Origin: a virus
Lineage: Duplodnaviria; Heunggongvirae; Uroviricota; Caudoviricetes
Virus record (IMG/VR): IMGVR_UViG_3300017987_000047
Direction: 5' to 3' (one strand)
DNA length: 64,000 nt
In this document: positions 29,142 to 38,803 of the stretch, piece by piece
Numbering within the stretch: the stretch's first letter is position 1
Layout of the letters: each line of letters opens with the position of its first letter
Made by a program: the position numbers and the translations under genes
Notes under the pieces: generated by a model
The model's input: only the letters and a program-made list of their open reading frames with translations
The model's database searches: none
Told to the model about the DNA's origin: nothing

Positions 29142-29464
29142 TGAATATACTTGATAAACTTTTCAAAGTTATTGAGATTTCCCCTGGTGTTTCTGATAGG
29201 CCTTATTTCGTTTGGTTACACCCAACCAAAAAGATTTTTATTGAAATAGACTGTATCGCAGGGGAAATGGATTATAACTCCAGTGAGAATATATATTCCG
29301 AGTGGTATGCTGGTATAAAAGATTTCAAAAATTTTGGGAAAGATGTCGATGTCGAGTGTAAGCAAACTTTTTATTATGAAGAGGTTTCGTTTAAGGTGCT
29401 CCTAACACACGCTTGTCCTGAAACTAGAGCTTGGGCGAAAGAAAAGCTATGGGAATCAAAATAA
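29141..29464 (+). CDS. hypothetical protein with C-terminal LTH-R-AK motif
   Basis: LLTHACPETRAWAK. Confidence 0.7.
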   Translation: MNILDKLFKVIEISPGVSDRPYFVWLHPTKKIFIEIDCIAGEMDYNSSENIYSEWYAGIKDFKNFGKDVDVECKQTFYYEEVSFKVLLTHACPETRAWAKEKLWESK

Positions 29465-31113
29465 CCCTAAAAGGCCAAAACCTAGTCCTTACCGATAGAT
29501 ACTTCGTAGGGCAAGGTGGGGAAGGAAGCATCTATGCCAAAGGTAAAACTGCCTATAAGGTTTACCTTGATTCCAAGAAAATGATTCCCACAGGCAAAAT
29601 TGACGAGTTAGCCGTTATTTCAGATAAGAGGGTTATTAAGCCTGAAGATGTCATTCTTAAGCGGAATAAGCCTGTTGGCTATACAATGCGTTATGTTAAA
29701 AATACTTATGCATTATGTCAACTTTTTACTAAAGCTTTCCGTGATCGTAATTCCCTCTCAACCAATATCTGTTTAAGCCTTGCGCGTGGTATGCAAGACA
29801 CCATGCAGCATATTCACGAAAACGACGTTCTAGTTGTCGATGCAAACGAAATGAACTTTCTCGTTGCAAAGACATTTAAGGAAGTCTATTTCATTGATGT
29901 TGATAGTTACCAGACAAAAAGCTATCCTCCAACTGCTATTATGGAAAGTATTAGGGATCGGCACTCTAGTACCTTCAACGAAAACACTGATTGGTTTGCT
30001 TGGGCAGTAGTTACGTTCCAATTGCTGGTTGGCATCCATCCTTATAAAGGAAAGCATCCTTCTGTTAAAGGGCTTGATGATCGGATGACGAAGAATATTT
30101 CGATTTTCGATAAGCAAGTCCGCGTGCCAAAAGCATGCCTTTCTCCAGATGTCATACCCAAGGTTTTAAGAGACTGGTATTTTGATGTCTTTGAGAATGG
30201 GCAGCGTGGCGCTCCCCCTATCGATCTCAGCAAAGCAGTTCCTATTGTTGCGGCTACTATTTCCTATGTCAATTGGGATGCCTTTAAGGTTGAAGCAGAA
30301 TATACCTACGACTTAGAAGTCCAGGAGTATTTCAGGAAAAACCAAAAGGAATGTGTGGCTGGGGTGAAACAGGTTTGTTTAGATCGACGCCGTTATATAG
30401 ACTTCGAGAAACCGAGTCTTGGAATCTTCGGATCAAATGTATTAGCAGCAAACATTAAAGATGATAAGATAAATTTATTGAGTTTAACATACCAAAAACC
30501 TCTAAAAGCGCCCGAAATTAAGGCAGACAGCCTAATGAGCTACGATGGGCGGTTTTATGTTAAATCTGGCGAAAATCTCCTGGAATTAACATTCCAAGGT
30601 TCTGAGTCTAGCCCACTTGTGGTTTATCAAAAAATCGGGAATGTGATGGAGAATGCAACTCAACTCTTCCCAGGGGTTGCTATCCAAAGCATGCTTGGTT
30701 CTTACTTTGCTTCTGTTTTTCCTGCCCCAAATACTTGTAGCCAAACCCGCTTACCTGACCTTGATGGATATCGTATTCTCGACGCTAAGTACGATAAAAA
30801 TCTATTAATGGTTGTTGGGATAAAGAAAGGCGAGTATGACCGCTTTATCTTTAATCTAAAGGATGGTAAAGTAAAAGAAAGCCGTAAAGTTAAGAACGTT
30901 ATGTATTCTGGCCTTAACTTTACAGTATTAGATAAAGGAATTTGTATTTCCATCACGGAACAGGATAACATTGAAATTTTCCACCAAAATGCTTTAACAA
31001 AAATTAAGGCGATTACGGATAAGAAGATCCACGGTGGAATGCGTCTTACTTCTGATGGGAATAAAGTACTTTTCTTTGATAAGACTAAACTTCATAGTAT
31101 AACAATGAAATAA
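29449..31113 (+). CDS. Ser/Thr protein kinase (YegI-like) with beta-rich C-terminal domain
   Basis: GQGGEG, AYK, H...VVDANEMN, IDVDSYQ, DWFA..FQLLVGIHPY. Confidence 0.85.
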   Translation: MGIKITLKGQNLVLTDRYFVGQGGEGSIYAKGKTAYKVYLDSKKMIPTGKIDELAVISDKRVIKPEDVILKRNKPVGYTMRYVKNTYALCQLFTKAFRDRNSLSTNICLSLARGMQDTMQHIHENDVLVVDANEMNFLVAKTFKEVYFIDVDSYQTKSYPPTAIMESIRDRHSSTFNENTDWFAWAVVTFQLLVGIHPYKGKHPSVKGLDDRMTKNISIFDKQVRVPKACLSPDVIPKVLRDWYFDVFENGQRGAPPIDLSKAVPIVAATISYVNWDAFKVEAEYTYDLEVQEYFRKNQKECVAGVKQVCLDRRRYIDFEKPSLGIFGSNVLAANIKDDKINLLSLTYQKPLKAPEIKADSLMSYDGRFYVKSGENLLELTFQGSESSPLVVYQKIGNVMENATQLFPGVAIQSMLGSYFASVFPAPNTCSQTRLPDLDGYRILDAKYDKNLLMVVGIKKGEYDRFIFNLKDGKVKESRKVKNVMYSGLNFTVLDKGICISITEQDNIEIFHQNALTKIKAITDKKIHGGMRLTSDGNKVLFFDKTKLHSITMK

Positions 31114-31123
31114 CGGAGCAGCT

Positions 31124-31531
31124 ATGTCGATGCGGCCACCAAAAAGACCGGCAGAGTGTGTTTTTACTATTGAACTATATAGTGAAGCATGTAGAACGCC
31201 CGTCAAGAAGTTAATGGATGAAAGCTTAGATAAGCATGAATTTGCGTGCTTATTCAAAAAAGGGCTAGGGCCTTTCAGAGTTGACCTTACTCCCGAAGTA
31301 CCTAAGATAGCTCTCATGTATAAAAATTACCATGATGCACATGGGGTGTTTTGCCAAACGGATCATGGGAATTATTTTAGTAGGTGGGCTGCTGATTTTA
31401 TAGAAAACTTGCCCAAGCATTATTATAAAATCGCACATTTTTATGGGAATGAAGGTTGGGCTAAAAAACCCGAAGAAATAAAAGCCGTTGAATCCCTTGA
31501 AAATAAAGTAATTGAAATCCCAATGCCTTAG
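31124..31531 (+). CDS. hypothetical protein
   Basis: GGAG SD. Confidence 0.65.
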   Translation: MSMRPPKRPAECVFTIELYSEACRTPVKKLMDESLDKHEFACLFKKGLGPFRVDLTPEVPKIALMYKNYHDAHGVFCQTDHGNYFSRWAADFIENLPKHYYKIAHFYGNEGWAKKPEEIKAVESLENKVIEIPMP

Positions 31532-31543
31532 AAGGATTTTTGT

Positions 31544-31957
31544 ATGTTTAAAAAACCTTTAATCGATAAACGCTCCTTAAAAAAAGTAAAAGGGGTAGAA
31601 ACTCCTTTCGGCCAACTTGTTTCAAAAACATTTGGATGGCTTGCTAAGCAAGGCCATAAATCAAATGCGGGGACAGTAGAGGCAAAACTAGAATGGGACT
31701 CTGAAAGGGTGGATAAGAGCCCCAAAGGTAAATATAAAATGGAATTAGTTTATCGTTTAATTACTTATGAAGAAGCAGAATTGAGAGATAAGGAGAAAAA
31801 AGAAGAGGAAGAAAGAGACGGGACCATAAACCTTAACGACAATCCAGAAGAGTTCCTCAAAAAACTTCAACAAATGGACCAGGTTACAGAGGCTGGAATC
31901 CGAATTGTTCGGAAAGGAGATGGGTCGTCAGATTTTGATGCGAAAGTGCGAGGCTAA
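31544..31957 (+). CDS. hypothetical protein
   Basis: AAGGA SD. Confidence 0.65.
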   Translation: MFKKPLIDKRSLKKVKGVETPFGQLVSKTFGWLAKQGHKSNAGTVEAKLEWDSERVDKSPKGKYKMELVYRLITYEEAELRDKEKKEEEERDGTINLNDNPEEFLKKLQQMDQVTEAGIRIVRKGDGSSDFDAKVRG

Positions 31958-31991
31958 CCATTTATTGTTCCTTGTAAGGAGAAAAAGAGAG

Positions 31992-32405
31992 ATGAACGAA
32001 GAGCTACTTAACGTTGATTGGGTAAAGGAAAACGAGGAGGATGCCAAGCAGTTCGTGAAGGAATCTTCTCTTGAAGATTTCTACAAGGCGATTATCTGCG
32101 TCTGGCAGACTAACGAAGACCTCGTGAAGATCTGGCTAGAAACTCCAATTCTGGTTGACGGGGATAATTTCCTCGACTCCGATTGGGTCCTAAAGCAGGA
32201 GAAAAAGAAGATTCACGCTGCATTAGCTGCAGCGGAAGATGTTCTTCTTTACAAAATCGTTGCTGCCTGGAATTCTATGGGCGGGTCGGAAGAAAATTCC
32301 CACACCCTTGTCGACCTTTGGAGCCAAAACTCAGATTTTGTAAATAGGATCGCGGATCTCACCACGCAACTTATGGAAGACGAAGAGGAAAAAGAAGAGG
32401 AATAA
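31992..32405 (+). CDS. acidic hypothetical protein
   Basis: TAAGGAG SD; followed by terminator. Confidence 0.7.
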   Translation: MNEELLNVDWVKENEEDAKQFVKESSLEDFYKAIICVWQTNEDLVKIWLETPILVDGDNFLDSDWVLKQEKKKIHAALAAAEDVLLYKIVAAWNSMGGSEENSHTLVDLWSQNSDFVNRIADLTTQLMEDEEEKEEE

Positions 32406-32423
32406 AGTCTTTTTCGGAACTTT

Positions 32424-32456
32424 AGGATAGGGGTGGTTTTTCCACCCCTATCCTTT
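32424..32456 (+). terminator. intrinsic terminator
   Basis: aggataggggtgg-ttttt-ccacccctatcct. Confidence 0.75.
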
Positions 32457-32915
32457 AAGACAATTCATAATTGGTATTAATAAGATAGCCAACCACTAAG
32501 TAATAAAATTAATTTACTTAATAATTGTTCAATCGAAGCCTAAAAAACTTTGCTAATTAAAAGAAAACCTGATCTCACATCGGTTATTTTTATGATTTTA
32601 CTTTTTCTTTAATAATTGACAATCAAAGACCAAATAAGCTTGTTTAATCATGATTTAGTTCTTTCTTCCATTGATTCCCTAAATCATATAATCCTTATTT
32701 GGGAGAAGGTTGAAAATCTAAAACCTTACTTAAAAATACAAAGGAATTTATGATTTAATAATGAAAATATTTAATAAAAATATGGGTATTAATAAGGACA
32801 CAAAAGCAACACAAAGGTTGTAATTATTTTACATTAGCGACAATTAGTTAATTGGCCCCCAATATTGCCCCTAAATTGGTTACCAATGTAAAATAATTTA
32901 CATCGCGCGAATTTT
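32457..32915. other. AT-rich non-coding region with direct and inverted repeats (origin/control region candidate)
   Basis: largest gene-free gap; ttaataattg..caatc.aag repeated at ~32518 and ~32610; 14-bp inverted repeat 32822-32835 / 32885-32898. Confidence 0.35.
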
Positions 32916-32988
32916 CAGTTGGGTGAGAAGCCTTTTTTAACCACTTGGTGGTCGGTCTGGGGGGACTGTAGCTTCTCACCCAACTTTT

Positions 32989-33062
32989 GCGCCCGTAGCT
33001 CAGCTGGATAGAGCAGCATCCTCCTAAGGTGCAGGTCGTAGGTTCGAATCCTACCGGGCGTA
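32989..33062 (+). tRNA. tRNA-Arg(CCT)
   Basis: GCGCCCG/CGGGCGT, gcatc-CTCCTAA-ggtgc, GGTTCGAATCC. Confidence 0.95.
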
Positions 33063-33112
33063 CTCACTTCACTAGTGCCGCTAAATAATCACTACAAAAG
33101 CACCTTTAACCA

Positions 33113-34027
33113 ATGCAAGAAACGTTAGCAGGAAAGTGGCCTTCCTTATCTGAAAAAGATAAGCAAGAGGAGCTTGAAAGGCTGCCTATAGAAACTCGTA
33201 TGTTACTGGTAGAGTTAGTTTCTTATATAAAAGTTGAGGCTCAAACACCTTCCCACCCTTATTTAGATTTCTTTGAAATTAAAGATATTCAATATACAAA
33301 AGACCTTTTCCAAGTTATATTCGGTGCTTCCATGTTGGATGTTAAAGGGGTTTGGAAAGCAAAAAACCCTTTTCAGCATTCTTTTATTGATATAAATGCT
33401 ATCGATAACTTTCTTATCGCTTGGCTTGACAAAAGCATCATATTCGACGCGATACTTTTATATAAATCAGGATTTCTAAAGGTCACCTTCAAGGAGGATA
33501 TAGAAAGACTTGATTTGTTTTTTAAAACTCCAGAAGGGAAATTCGCTTCAAAACATCTTCAATCGCTGGAAACATTAGCGCAACAAACCACTTCTCATTT
33601 TAAGGAGGTAGAATGCAAAAAGCTTGAAAGGCTTCGATTAGTTCTGAAACGCAGTAAAATAATAAGCGAGGAAGATAGGGAGGAGCTTGAAATAATTGCT
33701 TCTTTAGCCTTGGAAGGAATAGCTACTGCATATGTACCTATTAAGAATTTTGAAGCCGCCGCGTTAAAACGAGCTTTTAAGAATAAACGCCTTGCGTGGA
33801 AAACTTCAAAAGGGTTAATCTATAATTTAGAGTGTAGAAATCCAAAAACAAACCGGATCTTAAAGGGTAGTTGTATCCTTACCTTAAAGGGGTTTCGAAA
33901 GTTTAAAACTTTCTTAAGGTCTTGTTATGTTGTTGGGTGCCCTGACTGTACCCCAACGCTCACGCAGCGAGAGTGGGAAGAAGTAATCAGGGAAGAACAA
34001 AAAGAGGCTCGGGATGTTAACGGTTGA
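33113..34027 (+). CDS. hypothetical protein
   Basis: 304-aa ORF; C-terminal C..GCPDC. Confidence 0.7.
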   Translation: MQETLAGKWPSLSEKDKQEELERLPIETRMLLVELVSYIKVEAQTPSHPYLDFFEIKDIQYTKDLFQVIFGASMLDVKGVWKAKNPFQHSFIDINAIDNFLIAWLDKSIIFDAILLYKSGFLKVTFKEDIERLDLFFKTPEGKFASKHLQSLETLAQQTTSHFKEVECKKLERLRLVLKRSKIISEEDREELEIIASLALEGIATAYVPIKNFEAAALKRAFKNKRLAWKTSKGLIYNLECRNPKTNRILKGSCILTLKGFRKFKTFLRSCYVVGCPDCTPTLTQREWEEVIREEQKEARDVNG

Positions 34028-34811
34028 AACCCTTAGTTACATTGATGAAACATGCCAAAGAGTCTCCCTAGACCAATTAGAAGACGGCGACTTAGTCGTT
34101 GCTTTTAATGTCGGTTTTAGTTCGGCTTTGGTCGAGTTAGCTACCGTATCAGAAATATACCTGGAGTCAGAAAAGGCAGAAATAAGAAAAGGGTTATTTC
34201 GCTTTGCTGATTCACACCCTATTTGGGTCGGGGGAGAAACCACGCTACTTCGGATTTTCGACTCACAGCTTTTCTTTTGCGAGCCTTTTACTTTTATTAA
34301 AGAACTTTGCGAAAAGGCCAGCCTAAGATTTTTAACAGAGCCCCAGTTTAGGGACCGTAATAGGTACAAAACAACTTTCTTATATAATTTTATCTTAGCT
34401 CATTTCCGGTATGCCCAAGAACCTCTTTTTGAAGATTTGTTAGTTAAACAACTCTTGACAAGTGAAAATGCTGCCACCAGAAAATTCTCTAAGGAATACC
34501 TAAAACTTCGTTCCAAGTTTAACTCCTTTAAGGGCAAATCCTATCTAGTTAGGGATCCTGATGGTGAAAAGGTAATACTTGTATGTTTTGATAAACATGA
34601 AACAACATCCTCGGCTATATGTCTAAGAACAAACTACAATTGGCTTCCCTATAGAGACGATGATTATGTAATGAATGTGCGGATAGCGATTTTAGATGAG
34701 GATATGCTTGATAAGTATAACCGAATCTGGGAAGAAGTTTCCCTAACAACTTTTTTAACGAACAAAGATGCAAGAATTCGGAAATTTGCTAAAGAACACT
34801 TAGAAAGGTAA
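34014..34811 (+). CDS. hypothetical protein with two LTH-R-AK motifs
   Basis: LLTSENAATRKFSK and FLTNKDARIRKFAK. Confidence 0.75.
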   Translation: MLTVETLSYIDETCQRVSLDQLEDGDLVVAFNVGFSSALVELATVSEIYLESEKAEIRKGLFRFADSHPIWVGGETTLLRIFDSQLFFCEPFTFIKELCEKASLRFLTEPQFRDRNRYKTTFLYNFILAHFRYAQEPLFEDLLVKQLLTSENAATRKFSKEYLKLRSKFNSFKGKSYLVRDPDGEKVILVCFDKHETTSSAICLRTNYNWLPYRDDDYVMNVRIAILDEDMLDKYNRIWEEVSLTTFLTNKDARIRKFAKEHLER

Positions 34812-34886
34812 TATGGTGCGATAAAAGAAAATTTGTAATAATCCTTTAATATTAAGATTGTACAATAATTAAGGAGTTTTCTAAAA

Positions 34887-34940
34887 ATGTTTACATCTCA
34901 ATACAAACCAACTCCATTGTGGCACGCTTCCCAAGGATAA
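34887..34940 (+). CDS. 17-aa micro-peptide MFTSQYKPTPLWHASQG
   Basis: TAAGGAG SD; upstream cassette shared with the 43900 peptide. Confidence 0.5.
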   Translation: MFTSQYKPTPLWHASQG

Positions 34941-34994
34941 CTCTATATTTCCTTTTCAAAAAATTTTCGTTTTGATTCCCTAGGAGATTGATTC

Positions 34995-35312
34995 ATGAAG
35001 AAGGAAGACCGCGAGAGAAAGACTATAACTGAAACTATCGTAACACCAGAATGGGGGGAAGACTTCTTTGGGGTAGCATCCGTAGTCGAAAAGGTAAAGG
35101 GTAAGTACGATTCAATTAAAATTGAAGATGATGGGTATGGCGAATACTCTGAATTAATAATCAGAGGGTATCGTAAAGAAAACGACGAAGAATATAAGAC
35201 AAGGATTGACAAAATTAAAGAAAAAGAAAAGGCAAAGCGTGAGAGGAAGAGGGCTGCTGAGATTGCTCAGCTAAAGGAATTAGCAAAGAAATACCCAAAA
35301 GAGCTTGGTTAA
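34995..35312 (+). CDS. hypothetical protein
   Basis: AGGAG SD; R.END.EY..R coiled tail. Confidence 0.7.
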   Translation: MKKEDRERKTITETIVTPEWGEDFFGVASVVEKVKGKYDSIKIEDDGYGEYSELIIRGYRKENDEEYKTRIDKIKEKEKAKRERKRAAEIAQLKELAKKYPKELG

Positions 35313-35656
35313 TTTTAAAAGGAAAAATATGAACTTCTTCGATTACACAAACCGGGGACCGCTTCCATGGGGCATTGTTCGCACAAACCGCATTACTTTG
35401 CGAGTAGCTGACGGGTGCGTAGAATACACTCGGCAGTATCATGGTAAGAAAGGCTTATCCTCGGGGATATCACACACATTTGAGCCGTCAGCAAGCGCAG
35501 ATGAGATTGCTAAAGGTATTCACTGGGGTTGTTGTGGGTGGTCCGCTGGAGGACATGAAATCTATACACTGAGGGATAAGGTAACAGAGTTTTTGAGCAG
35601 AGAAGGTCTGTGACGTAGACGCTAGAATAAACTGCGACGCTAATTTATTAGTAATT

Positions 35657-35730
35657 AGGGCACTGGCTCAATTTGGCAGAGCAGCTGATTCCAAATCAGC
35701 AGGTTGGGGGTTCGAGTCCCTCGTGCCCTG
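35657..35730 (+). tRNA. tRNA-Trp(CCA)
   Basis: AGGGCAC/GTGCCCT, gctga-TTCCAAA-tcagc, GGTTCGAGTCC. Confidence 0.95.
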
Positions 35731-35744
35731 TTTAGGAGGTAACG

Positions 35745-36737
35745 ATGAAAATTGAAATCGTTCGAAAATTCGAATTGGATGCTAATTTATTAATCAAGGC
35801 AGTTCAAAAGATAGAAAACCGGGAAATTCATCTTTTGGAATATTGGCTTAACCCCCATCTCGTAGACTTCAACATTGATTTCAATAAAGTCAGCTCAGCT
35901 TTCGCGCCCATATTTTACCGCGTTAATGGTGGGTTATGTCGCTCGGCTCAATTTATTGTAGAGACCGCTGACATAGACGTAGATAGAATACGAGAACAAC
36001 ACCTTGGTTGGTTGGGGTCCCTTAAGAAAAAAGTTTCTTTTCATCAATTTCTTACCTCCGATGACCAAGAGTATCGCCAACTAGCAAAGTTTACACGAAC
36101 AAACGACCCAATTAGAGTTACGCCACCCAGAAGAGAATTCTATAATTTAATCGAGAAGCGAAAAAAAGCAAAAGAGATTTTTGGGGAAGACGTTAAGTTA
36201 TCTCTATATTCTTGGTGTTCCGAGACGCCGGGGGAACGGGCTAGTTTTAGATGGAAAAATATGAATTTTTCTTTTGAATGCGTTTCAATCCCTAAAGCAG
36301 CAACTGCGGAAGAATTCGAAACACAGCTAGTCGGCTATAAAAAGAAACTTGCTCCCTTTCTGCTTACCCCACCACCTCCTAATATCTCTGTATACTTCGT
36401 TTTTCATAAAGATTATTCCCGCTTTTTTTATAACGCAAACGGGAGTAGAATACTTGCTGTTTTAGACCAGCTACAGCCAGAAATGTTTGAGGACAACTCT
36501 GATTTTATAGAAGATCTATTACCATGCTATAGATATTCCATCAAAATTTATAATTTCATTAAAGGCTGGATCTCTAAAAAGCACTTTGAGGAGTTTTATC
36601 TAGGTTTCTCAGTTTTTAGCATCTCTGCTCTTAAAGATAGAATTGATTATGAGATCGGCAAAACTTGCTATTCCCAAAATTTTAACAACTTCAAAAAAAC
36701 ACTTAGAAGAAAATTTCCCAAGGGTGAGAAATGTTAA
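35745..36737 (+). CDS. hypothetical protein with internal LTH-R-AK motif
   Basis: AGGAGG SD; FLTSDDQEYRQLAK. Confidence 0.75.
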   Translation: MKIEIVRKFELDANLLIKAVQKIENREIHLLEYWLNPHLVDFNIDFNKVSSAFAPIFYRVNGGLCRSAQFIVETADIDVDRIREQHLGWLGSLKKKVSFHQFLTSDDQEYRQLAKFTRTNDPIRVTPPRREFYNLIEKRKKAKEIFGEDVKLSLYSWCSETPGERASFRWKNMNFSFECVSIPKAATAEEFETQLVGYKKKLAPFLLTPPPPNISVYFVFHKDYSRFFYNANGSRILAVLDQLQPEMFEDNSDFIEDLLPCYRYSIKIYNFIKGWISKKHFEEFYLGFSVFSISALKDRIDYEIGKTCYSQNFNNFKKTLRRKFPKGEKC

Positions 36738-37231
36738 AACGGTTTAAACTTGGTCGGGTTATGCAAATTACCCATAGAATTCCGAGCCTTCCCGAAGAAA
36801 CTTTTTCTGTTAATTCCCAGGATGGGGCATGGATAAATGCAACTAAAAAAGGAACTTCGGACACCTGGGTAAGCACTGTAAAAGACCTTTACAAATACCA
36901 CGCTCCGCGTCCTCCTGTAACTAGTGAGGCAATGAAAACTTTTCATGGAATTTTAGTTTCTTTTGATTCCCATATAGGGAAAAAGGTTTCCCTGCATTTA
37001 GTTCAGCCAGAGAAAAAAGGCGGACACATTAATTTTAAACATATTGAGGGAAAATTTGAAATAATAACAAGTCAAGAGATTTCTGTTTTTGAAATGCTTG
37101 GGAACCTTCGTCTCCGCCATTATTACGAGTTTGGAAAATCTCCTGAGCTGCTTACGAATAAGAATCTGGCTATCCGATTGTATGCCAAATTTATCCGCAA
37201 CGAGAGAAAAAGGATCAAAAACTTGTTATGA
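36731..37231 (+). CDS. hypothetical protein with C-terminal LTH-R-AK motif
   Basis: LLTNKNLAIRLYAK. Confidence 0.7.
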   Translation: MLKRFKLGRVMQITHRIPSLPEETFSVNSQDGAWINATKKGTSDTWVSTVKDLYKYHAPRPPVTSEAMKTFHGILVSFDSHIGKKVSLHLVQPEKKGGHINFKHIEGKFEIITSQEISVFEMLGNLRLRHYYEFGKSPELLTNKNLAIRLYAKFIRNERKRIKNLL

Positions 37232-37644
37232 ATAAAAACTTTCAAAAACTTGCGAAGAAAATGGAAGCCCTCCCAGGCATCTTTTTTGTTTCTTGTATAG
37301 ACACAGACGACCTAAAATTAATTCTTTTTAGGGTTAACGACCCACGAAGTCTTTTCTTTTTAACAAGAATTTGTGACAAGCGTTATTGGAAATATGGAGA
37401 GAAATGGTCAATCTCTTTATCTGTGGGAGATAGTAGGGAAGCACAGGCTCTCCCAATCTTCTATCATTTACAACCTACAAAAGTTCGCGAGACCTTTGAT
37501 TTAGAGGTACTTTCATTGCTAGAGAACATGCATTGGCATTTAACGCATAAAGCTTTTATTGAAAATTTTGAGTTAGAAGACTTCGTATTGGAGGCTTTTC
37601 GGGCCCGAATATATGATGACTTTAAAACTATCGTTAAACAATAG
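37228..37644 (+). CDS. hypothetical protein
   Basis: operonic ORF. Confidence 0.65.
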   Translation: MNKNFQKLAKKMEALPGIFFVSCIDTDDLKLILFRVNDPRSLFFLTRICDKRYWKYGEKWSISLSVGDSREAQALPIFYHLQPTKVRETFDLEVLSLLENMHWHLTHKAFIENFELEDFVLEAFRARIYDDFKTIVKQ

Positions 37645-37709
37645 GTTTTCCTCATATTTTAATATAAGGTTCCTCTTCGGGATAATATCCCCTTATAAGG
37701 AGTATAACT

Positions 37710-37979
37710 ATGAATTGTGAACGATGTGGCACCAAAATAGATTTAAGTTTCCGGGATGACCCACCTTACCTCTGTTGGCGTTGTGTTAAACTTTTCAACG
37801 AAGATGGGTGGCCTTCTAATTATAGTTATAATAGGATAGGAGGCTCTGATGGCTGTTACGCAAAGAAGCCTGAAGAGACTAGTTCTTCCTCAAGTTCTAG
37901 GATGTGCAGTAAATGTGGGGATTACCCCGTAAGTGGAAGCAGTTCTTATTGCACTTATTGTGATGAGGGGCAATTGTAG
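37710..37979 (+). CDS. double zinc-ribbon small protein
   Basis: four CxxC pairs; TAAGGAG SD; promoter-like motif at 37632-37658. Confidence 0.7.
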   Translation: MNCERCGTKIDLSFRDDPPYLCWRCVKLFNEDGWPSNYSYNRIGGSDGCYAKKPEETSSSSSSRMCSKCGDYPVSGSSSYCTYCDEGQL

Positions 37980-37985
37980 GAGACC

Positions 37986-38369
37986 ATGGAAGAAAAATAT
38001 CTTAAGGTAGTGAAAAAAGAATTGGTTGGGAGAACTTTTGGGTTCTTTGAATTTGGGGATACCCTGAATTTAGTAATTCATTTCACAAAAAACCTAAGTT
38101 ATCTCTTATGCCCATGTACGGGCAACAAGATACCTAGAATACCCGATTCTTCGGGAAAACGGAAAACAGAAGACCCATTACCCCAGATCGGTATTATCCG
38201 GCAATCCTTCAAACATGGAGTTACGGGTTTGCTTGCTCGACGGATCATTTGGTCTTTTGAAAAGGAAGAAGAGGATATTAAAGAGTTATCCTTAGAAGAA
38301 CTACTAACAGCCAAGGAAAATGGTTTTAGAAAAGCGGCAAAGGCACTTCTTAAAGAGTTGCAAGGATGA
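37986..38369 (+). CDS. hypothetical protein with C-terminal LTH-R-AK motif
   Basis: LLTAKENGFRKAAK. Confidence 0.75.
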   Translation: MEEKYLKVVKKELVGRTFGFFEFGDTLNLVIHFTKNLSYLLCPCTGNKIPRIPDSSGKRKTEDPLPQIGIIRQSFKHGVTGLLARRIIWSFEKEEEDIKELSLEELLTAKENGFRKAAKALLKELQG

Positions 38370-38803
38370 AGAAGCTTGTGCAAACTAGGGTTGCTGCTGT
38401 TCTTAAGGTGGAAGAGCCTGGCTTCTCTCCTAGGAGAGAGAGGTCGATAGCTTTTCTCGGCTGGCAAGATTATCCAAAAAATGAAAAAGAGTTAATAGCA
38501 ATCGCTCTAACTTTTTTCGAAAGATTTCCTAACTCTACAGTTTATACGGATCTGATATTTGAGGTTCATAGCTTAACCACATTAACCTTTTATGCAAAAG
38601 CTAGCTCGTATACTAAACACTCTTGCGCAAGACAACCCAAACCAGATTTGCCCATTGCTAACTATGAAAAATATAAGGTTAAGGTTTACGATGTCCATGA
38701 AGACCTTTTGGAAGTCCCAAAACTAGAAGCGTTTATTACCTCAAAACTCCCGCTCCTTAGAGCCACAGCGAAAAAGAAAATCAATGGGAATTCGAGTACA
38801 TAA
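38366..38803 (+). CDS. hypothetical protein with C-terminal LTH-R-AK motif
   Basis: FITSKLPLLRATAK. Confidence 0.7.
   Translation: MKKLVQTRVAAVLKVEEPGFSPRRERSIAFLGWQDYPKNEKELIAIALTFFERFPNSTVYTDLIFEVHSLTTLTFYAKASSYTKHSCARQPKPDLPIANYEKYKVKVYDVHEDLLEVPKLEAFITSKLPLLRATAKKKINGNSST

Noticed and set aside
37228-37644. HLTHKAFIENF as a tag copy
   Set aside because: Lacks the R and AK positions; not counted.
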